Source: Prochlorococcus sp. MIT 0801 (GTDB taxonomy: Bacteria; Cyanobacteriota; Cyanobacteriia; PCC-6307; Cyanobiaceae). From it: 32,000 bases of DNA. The stretch spans positions 660,001 to 692,000 of the forward strand of contig NZ_CP007754.1 of NCBI RefSeq assembly GCF_000757865.1, given 5' to 3'. The notes beneath the pieces are model-generated. The model saw only the letters and a list, made by a program, of their open reading frames with translations. It had not been told where the DNA came from and did no database searches. Position numbers and translations under genes: made by a program. Every line of letters starts with the position of its first letter. Within the stretch, counting starts at the first letter, position 1. Positions 26,193 through 32,000 of this stretch are shown in pieces.

Positions 26193-28289
26193 ATGTTTAT
26201 TAAGAAAAATATTAATCACTCTAAATATATTTTTTGGATTTCAATACTATTTATATGGATTCTTTCCACCATAATAGATCGGATTTGGTGGAATTTTTAT
26301 AGCAATACTCCGTCATGGGATCAGGCTGATTATCTCAATAGTGCCCTTGACCATGCCAGAGAACTCTCTTTTTTGCGAGAAGATGGAGGTTCAGACTTTA
26401 GTTCTTTGCTAGATAAATCTCCAAAGATTCCTCCTTTGGCCTCAATAATCAATGGAGCCGTAATTGCCTTCGCTGGTGATTCTCCTCATCAAGCTGCCTG
26501 GTCCTTAAGTTTTTGGAATGGATTTTTGCTATTTAATATGGCCTCATGGGGACTTTATTTAAGAGGAAAATTTTTTGGGCTTTTTTGTGTTGTTATCAGT
26601 GCATGTTCTCCTTTCTTATTTCATCTAAGAACTGATTATGTATTGGAGTTGCCCTTAATCTCCGCCATTACATTTTATTTGTTTCATCTAGGAAGGTGGA
26701 GTGATAAATCAATTGGAGGTAAATGGATTCAATTGACAATTGCTACTTTTGCATGCTCAATTTCATTGTTGATTAAGCAGAGTTCTTTGTTGGTGATAAT
26801 ACCTTCTTTATTATTTATTTTTATAATTTCTTTTAAAAGAGATATTAAATTTCGATTGCAATTTTTATGCTTAGTTCTTCTCAATATTTTAGCAATTTTA
26901 CCTTGGTTTTATCATAATTGGATAATGACATTAAGTGGAACTTACCGAGCTGTTTTTGAATCAGCGGCGATAGAAGGTGATCCTTCTATTCTGGGTTTCA
27001 AAAGTATTTTCTGGTACTTTCCTTATTTAGATAATCAATTTGGAAGTATAATATTCTTTTTTGGGTTTTCAGGAATATTATTTGCCTTCTTAACATATAT
27101 AAGATCTTTTAGAGCTAATGCAAGATTAGGTGATATTTTTAATAAGAATAATTATAAATGGACATGGATTTATATTAATTTAATAACATGCTGGACCTTT
27201 ACAACTTTCATTCCTAATAAGGATGAAAGATATATAGCATGTACAATCCCGTTAATTATCTTACTTTTAGCCCTTGGATTTACTAAGTGGAGTGACTGGC
27301 TAGATACTTATTTTAAATTCAACCCTTATGGTTTATTCCTGATTCCTTTTTTAAGTTTTTTGTTTTCCAATTCTATTAGCAAATTTAACACCTTACAAAA
27401 TATTTCAAGTAAATATTATCCTGTTAAAGATATTATATCTACAGTTAGATCTGATCAGACTTTCGATAAAAAAGAAACAGTTATTGTCGTTCCCAGTACT
27501 CCTGATATTAATCAGCATAATGTAAGCTATTTTGGAAGAATGCAAGGTGGGAATATTTTAGGCAGACAACTTGGGCAATCTCTTTTGCATATAGAGCCTG
27601 TTCTTAAATATTCTAATTGGATTATCTTGGCTGAGGGAGATCAAGGCTCAGTTTCAAGTAATTCACTAGCTCTGGATGAAGCAGTTAGAGATAGTTCTCT
27701 TTTCACACAAGTTAGAAAATTCTCTAGAGAAAAAGAAGGAAGCTACACTCTATGGAAGCGAAGTTCAAGTTCAATTAAGCAAAATGAATTTCATAATAGA
27801 TTTATTGAACTAGCCAAGGGTATGGAGCAAGGTCCATTAGGCATTAAATTGATTTTTGATGAAATAGAAATAGAACATATGCTTGATGGGCATTTTCAAT
27901 ATCAAAGTATTGTTAGAGATAAGGCATTATCAAAAATAAGTTCAGACCCCGAAAATGTTGAATCTTTATGGTCCTTATCACTTCTTAAAATATTATCGAA
28001 TAGACCTTCTGAAGCAGATATTTATTTAAGAAATTTAGAAATTTTGTTGCCAAATAATCCTTGGCCAAGTGCTTATAGAACTATAGTTAACCTTGCCTCT
28101 TGGAATCCTTGGAAGGCATCCTTAATAGCCGATAGAGCTCATAAAAGAAATCCAAATTACTTTCTAAAAAGTTTGGGTGATACAAGTGCACTTTTTAGAG
28201 GAGCCTTTTGGAGATTAAAGTCTGCATTAAATAGTGTTCCGAATGCAATAAAAAGTGTTGATGAAGCTCTAAAACAAATAGAAAAATAG
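26193..28289 (+). CDS. Polytopic membrane glycosyltransferase, PMT/ArnT-like (GT39/GT83-type) with a soluble C-terminal domain
   Basis: 698 aa with about 10-12 TM helices. The first periplasmic-loop motif SWDQADYLNSAL (D-x-D/acidic loop) is typical of ArnT/PMT_2-type enzymes. The C-terminal ~250 aa are hydrophilic, helical and repeat-like. It starts 8 nt after the pentapeptide gene. Confidence 0.7.
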   Translation: MFIKKNINHSKYIFWISILFIWILSTIIDRIWWNFYSNTPSWDQADYLNSALDHARELSFLREDGGSDFSSLLDKSPKIPPLASIINGAVIAFAGDSPHQAAWSLSFWNGFLLFNMASWGLYLRGKFFGLFCVVISACSPFLFHLRTDYVLELPLISAITFYLFHLGRWSDKSIGGKWIQLTIATFACSISLLIKQSSLLVIIPSLLFIFIISFKRDIKFRLQFLCLVLLNILAILPWFYHNWIMTLSGTYRAVFESAAIEGDPSILGFKSIFWYFPYLDNQFGSIIFFFGFSGILFAFLTYIRSFRANARLGDIFNKNNYKWTWIYINLITCWTFTTFIPNKDERYIACTIPLIILLLALGFTKWSDWLDTYFKFNPYGLFLIPFLSFLFSNSISKFNTLQNISSKYYPVKDIISTVRSDQTFDKKETVIVVPSTPDINQHNVSYFGRMQGGNILGRQLGQSLLHIEPVLKYSNWIILAEGDQGSVSSNSLALDEAVRDSSLFTQVRKFSREKEGSYTLWKRSSSSIKQNEFHNRFIELAKGMEQGPLGIKLIFDEIEIEHMLDGHFQYQSIVRDKALSKISSDPENVESLWSLSLLKILSNRPSEADIYLRNLEILLPNNPWPSAYRTIVNLASWNPWKASLIADRAHKRNPNYFLKSLGDTSALFRGAFWRLKSALNSVPNAIKSVDEALKQIEK

Positions 28290-28326
28290 AAGTTTAAGGC
28301 AATATTTCAATTTCGACCTGCACGAA

Positions 28327-28497
28327 TCAGAGTTGGTCTCTTTCAAATGTTTTTGTTATCTCTTTTAGAAATTCAACTATTTGGATATTTGTATACCCAA
28401 GTTCAGTCCTAAGCCCTTTGCATGAAGAAGTGATCTCTTTCCAAATATCAGCTCTTACAATTGCTTCTCTGTCTTTTAGGTAACGCTCTTCTTTCAT
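28327..28497 (-). CDS. Possible small protein (56 aa), below the ORF-track cutoff
   Basis: Hand translation gives ATG at 28497..28495 and TGA at 28329..28327. The product is MKEERYLKDREAIVRADIWKEITSSCKGLRTELGYTNIQIVEFLKEITKTFERDQL. Its composition is balanced, helical and non-repetitive. No family recognised. Confidence 0.35.
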   Translation of the reverse strand: MKEERYLKDREAIVRADIWKEITSSCKGLRTELGYTNIQIVEFLKEITKTFERDQL

Positions 28498-28826
28498 TTT
28501 GAATTAATTATGTAAGGTATGGGTTCCTGAGCTTTTAAGAAAAGCAATCCAGTAAATCTCAAACTTTTACTAGGTTGCTTTGATTGATATCAGATCAGTA
28601 TCTTAAAAATCTTTAAAACCAAAGTCATACCATAACGAAAAAATAAAAGAATCATGAGAATTATGGCGTTCTTGTAGGTATTAAATATTTGATTTACTTA
28701 TCTTAGTAGCCCAAAAAATAAATCATTTTTAATATTCTTTGATAAATCTATGAAATATTTTGGCTTATTTATTATATAGCAGGGGCAATAGTATTGTTAA
28801 ATGTCTCCAGACTCCCCGATATAGAA

Positions 28827-28913
28827 CGGAGAGTGGGGGATTCGAACCCCCGATGGAGTTGCCCCCATGCTAGTTTTCAAGACTAGAGCCATAAACCACT
28901 CGACCAACTCTCC
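28827..28913 (-). tRNA. tRNA-Ser (anticodon UGA)
   Basis: The minus-strand sequence is GGAGAGTTGGTCGAGTGGTTTATGGCTCTAGTCTTGAAAACTAGCATGGGGGCAACTCCATCGGGGGTTCGAATCCCCCACTCTCCG.
- Acceptor stem: 7 bp, GGAGAGT/ACTCTCC.
- Anticodon stem: CTAGT/ACTAG, with loop CT-TGA-AA.
- Variable arm: long, class II.
- T arm: GGGGG-TTCGAAT-CCCCC.
- CCA is not encoded. Confidence 0.95.
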
Positions 28914-29111
28914 ACTTTTGATTTTACCTTATTAACTTCAGAAATCTTAAAAAAATTGCTCAAACGAGAATTTCATCACTTTTTCTTTAGTTCAGTTTCA
29001 AATGGGATGCTTTTAAGCCTTTAAAAATTTCAGAACCTATAGATTCTCTGTATGCATAAATGTCAATGAGATTATTTGTGCAATAATTCCATGGATTGAT
29101 AAATCACATTC

Positions 29112-29306
29112 ATGGCAAGCAACAAGAGCCCACAATCTCGTTTCCTTGGAGACCTTCCAATGGAGGGTGGTATTAGTCAAAAAGAGAAATACCGTTATGT
29201 CGCTCACTTGATGTTCTTTATTGGATGTGCACTGTTTTCCTTTGGTATTTGGGCTCTCTCCGGCTTTACAGCTTCAAGCGGAGCAACAGGACCATTTCCT
29301 TTCTAA
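29112..29306 (+). CDS. Hypothetical small membrane protein (64 aa)
   Basis: ATG ORF with one strong TM segment (VAHLMFFIGCALFSFGIWALSGF). GC is locally higher than the surrounding spacer. No family recognised. Confidence 0.4.
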   Translation: MASNKSPQSRFLGDLPMEGGISQKEKYRYVAHLMFFIGCALFSFGIWALSGFTASSGATGPFPF

Positions 29307-29356
29307 ATTGAAAGGGATATAAAAATCGGTTTGGATTAGTAGGTCTAAATAAAATA

Positions 29357-29680
29357 TTATTGAACCAACAACTTATTTATAGTGTTTTCTCTATCTTCAA
29401 TAAGCGTTAGGAGCCATTTTGATCCTAATGCTCTAGAGATACTTCTGTTTTTTATTAGTTCACAAATTCTTTTATAAAGTTTGTCTGATTCAATATTGGT
29501 ATTGAACCATTTCTCGAATTTGAGAATTTCATCTGGGTTTTTACAAGCTCGCAGTTGATCAATTAGTGCATCATTAGTACTTGCGCCACTTATCTTTAAT
29601 GGTTTATTTGTCGTGGTCATTGAAATTTCAGGGAAGACAATACCTATTGAATAATTAGCCAAATTTTCTAATTTGGACAA
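29357..29680 (-). CDS. Hypothetical protein (107 aa from TTG; 87 aa if the ATG at 29620 is used)
   Basis: Open frame downstream of nrdJ on the same strand, with helical, hydrophilic composition. The start codon is ambiguous. No family recognised. Confidence 0.45.
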   Translation of the reverse strand: MSKLENLANYSIGIVFPEISMTTTNKPLKISGASTNDALIDQLRACKNPDEILKFEKWFNTNIESDKLYKRICELIKNRSISRALGSKWLLTLIEDRENTINKLLVQ

Positions 29681-29777
29681 TTAACTTAAGATTTCTTTGA
29701 AAAATAAACTTTTTTATTAATTAAAAAATTTTCTCGATTGATATAAAATACCGTCACTCAAGATTGCATGACTGCTC

Positions 29778-32000
29778 TTAAGATGGCTTCGCTAGAGGGA
29801 GTAAGCATTTATCAGAATCGCAACCTGCTGGACCTGCTTCAGTAAGCTCCCCTTGATCATATCGACTAAGAGCATCAAAGAAGTCACAATTGTCTCTTCT
29901 TTTTATTACCTCTGAGTGCATTTTTGTATAGCATTCTTCGTCAATAGGTTCAAAAGGAAGTCTAGGGAAGGTTGCATTTGCATCAAACCTGGCCAGCAAT
30001 GCAGCTGAAATATAACCTTTATTTTCATTGATAGAGCTATGAAGAGCTTTAGCTAAACCCTCTATCTCATTTTCTCTAAATTCAATAGTGGCAGAAGTGT
30101 TGTGGTCAGTGTAGTTTGTTTGAACTTGCATATAAAAATCAAATTGTGCAAGAGCTGAGAAGTTGTTGATATCTATTTGATCCGCACCAGGTATGTTTGC
30201 CCAACTTACCTCAGTCGGAATTTCAACTAGCCACTCAGTACATTTCGGATCAAATGGATTGTCTAGTAATTTCCCATTTTCATCTTTATCTGACTGAGAA
30301 GGAACGATTGTGTATCCATAATCCATGCATGCTAACGCTACTGGATCGTTCTTCCTAAAAGTAATTCTTCTAATAAAACGCTGAGCTTTTGGAGGATGCC
30401 AGCCTGGTGAAGCCCCTGTTAGAAGACTTTTTGTTCCCGCAGGTTGAACTGTCGTACAACGACTTGGACGGCGAATATTATGCCTATCACAATACTCAAA
30501 AACTGTATCGTTGACGATCTTCCTCCATCGGCTCAAAAAAGTAGCCTCTTTGAGTTTAAAATCCTTTCCTTCTTTTGTCTCAGGTCGTCCAGCTTCCCAC
30601 CATTTTAACCATGAAGTCCCAAAGGCATGAACAAAAAAGTCAAAAAGTCCTGTGAAACTGACCCCAACAATGGGATCCCATTCGCGACTTTTTCTGTATC
30701 GCTCTACTTCAAATCGATGATTAAGGAGACAGGCTACTGACAAAGCTGCTGCTTTGAAAGCATCTTCTTGTTGATTTATGTCTAATGGATCAATTTGATT
30801 AAGATGTATTTCTGCAAGATTACAGTGAAAATCTGAACCTAGAATTTCTCCGCAAGGATTAAGACCATATCTACTGAGTCTGTGAAAAAGTTCTTTATCA
30901 TCAAATGGACCATAATTTGATTGAATCCATTTAGAGGCTTCTTCTTTCCCTTGGTCACAATAGATATCTATAAATTCATTCCTGAGTTCTACTGTTGAAA
31001 GTATGTCAGCATTTGAGCGGGCAATTGCCTCTGGTGCAAATTGAATAGCACCCTCCCCTGAATGAAATTGCTTAATAACGGCATCGACAAGAACTTCTAA
31101 TTCAGGTTTGGTGTGGTAAACACGAGTATGGTTAGCCATTCTTAATGCATCCTTCTCTGGGTCAATACTCCAATTACCATTTAAGTCTTGCTTCCATAAA
31201 TTTTCTTTAGCACCAGCAGCTTCTAAATCTTGCGAAGAAAATTGGCGCATACCTGCACTTCGTCTGATGTTACCAGCAACGATTGTTACGGCTGCTTCGT
31301 CGATAAGTAGACAACATTCAATTGAAGTTAGTTTTCTTCCTTCTGCTTTGTTCAAAAGAGTTGCCACACGTGGGTATAAATCTTTGAGTTTTACAGGGTT
31401 CGCCATGCCTCCGAAACCTTTGAGTGATTCACCCGCTGGCCTTACATCTTTTAAGTCAATAGATACATTAACAACTTTAGAATTGAAACTATTGTCACTG
31501 CTTAATTCAAGAATCTTTTGGTAGCTATCAACCCATCCACGTCTACTATCCCCAACTTTTATTAGTACATTGTTATCTTGAATAGAAAATGTAGTCTTTT
31601 CATTTCTTTCTTCAGAAGGGGTTAATCCAATATCTGTAACATTTGCAATATTAATTCTATTTCTAACCTCTGGCAGTTGATCAATCAAGTGAGGTTCAAT
31701 TATCGCACCCGTTCCACAACCCATCATGGCTAAATCCATCATAAGTCCAAAGGCTTGCCAATCAACAAGATTCGTTGAGGTGCAATTGTAGGCTCCAGAA
31801 AAATTCTTCTCTTTTTCAATCCATTCTGTCCCCCCTATCCAAAGCCATCTACCTGAGGGAAGAGCTTTTTTTTCTTGTTGCATTCTTTGCATTAAATTTA
31901 TTTCTGCTTCGTTTAGTCCCCCAAGCTTCTTTAGACCATCTAAGTTTCTTATATTTACTTGTTCCCAGCTTTCACGACCAGCTGGAAGTTTCCTGCTATA
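29778..32000 (-). CDS. nrdJ: Adenosylcobalamin-dependent (class II) ribonucleotide reductase NrdJ; the N-terminus lies beyond the right edge of the window
   Basis: Active-site thiyl-radical loop GLNPCGEI, long alpha/beta-barrel blocks, and a C-terminal redox Cys pair (GCDSDKC). The frame is open from the track ATG (31892) to position 32000 (…YSRKLPAGRESWEQVNIRNLDGLKKLGG…), matching the conserved N-terminal region of NrdJ. The real start is therefore outside the window. Confidence 0.9.
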   Translation of the reverse strand, partial: YSRKLPAGRESWEQVNIRNLDGLKKLGGLNEAEINLMQRMQQEKKALPSGRWLWIGGTEWIEKEKNFSGAYNCTSTNLVDWQAFGLMMDLAMMGCGTGAIIEPHLIDQLPEVRNRINIANVTDIGLTPSEERNEKTTFSIQDNNVLIKVGDSRRGWVDSYQKILELSSDNSFNSKVVNVSIDLKDVRPAGESLKGFGGMANPVKLKDLYPRVATLLNKAEGRKLTSIECCLLIDEAAVTIVAGNIRRSAGMRQFSSQDLEAAGAKENLWKQDLNGNWSIDPEKDALRMANHTRVYHTKPELEVLVDAVIKQFHSGEGAIQFAPEAIARSNADILSTVELRNEFIDIYCDQGKEEASKWIQSNYGPFDDKELFHRLSRYGLNPCGEILGSDFHCNLAEIHLNQIDPLDINQQEDAFKAAALSVACLLNHRFEVERYRKSREWDPIVGVSFTGLFDFFVHAFGTSWLKWWEAGRPETKEGKDFKLKEATFLSRWRKIVNDTVFEYCDRHNIRRPSRCTTVQPAGTKSLLTGASPGWHPPKAQRFIRRITFRKNDPVALACMDYGYTIVPSQSDKDENGKLLDNPFDPKCTEWLVEIPTEVSWANIPGADQIDINNFSALAQFDFYMQVQTNYTDHNTSATIEFRENEIEGLAKALHSSINENKGYISAALLARFDANATFPRLPFEPIDEECYTKMHSEVIKRRDNCDFFDALSRYDQGELTEAGPAGCDSDKCLLPLAKPS

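Noticed and set aside
28290-29111. tRNA-Ser as a genomic-island or phage integration site
   Set aside because: tRNA genes often flank Prochlorococcus islands. Here, though, I find no duplicated copy of the tRNA 3' half (att-like direct repeat) in the flanking 500 bp, no integrase, and ordinary-looking neighbours on both sides.

Overview
This is a strongly AT-rich (roughly 30% G+C by eye), densely coding chromosomal segment. It looks like a high-light-adapted Prochlorococcus marinus (MED4-like) core genome. The organism call is an inference from the unmistakable Pcb chlorophyll a/b antenna protein at 1982..3034, the cyanobacterial gene content and the base composition.

I can support about 35 protein-coding genes, one tRNA-Ser(UGA), one clear rho-independent terminator, a 24-bp perfect inverted repeat and an in-frame (AAT)10 microsatellite.

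Recognisable genes:
- UDP-sugar dehydrogenase 3' end
- pcb
- GltS-type Na+/glutamate symporter
- GST-like protein
- lycopene cyclase (CrtL) translationally coupled to an SDR
- POR-like SDR
- MscS channel
- isochorismatase-family hydrolase
- Fur-family regulator
- metY-metA
- BBE-type FAD oxidase
- long-form CbiX
- GMC oxidoreductase
- pentapeptide-repeat protein
- PMT/ArnT-like membrane glycosyltransferase
- class II ribonucleotide reductase NrdJ (runs off the right edge)

I see no CRISPR array, transposase, integrase, phage gene or rRNA.

The best candidate for an undescribed system is the divergent cluster at 12462..17572. It holds an ArsS-like radical SAM/Cys-rich enzyme, an orphan StpA-like (glucosylglycerol-phosphate-phosphatase-type) HAD phosphatase, a GpsA-fold protein with a degenerate dinucleotide-binding motif, and a NahK/MtnK-like anomeric sugar kinase. 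The two plus-strand genes run on in one tight co-directional string into metY-metA. I interpret the cluster, as inference only, as a module acting on SAM-derived 5-deoxy-5-X-ribose. It could carry out the unassigned late steps of arsenosugar-glycerol biosynthesis, or a 5-deoxyribose/DHAP-type salvage route.

All family assignments come from motif recognition by eye and need HMM or BLAST confirmation.
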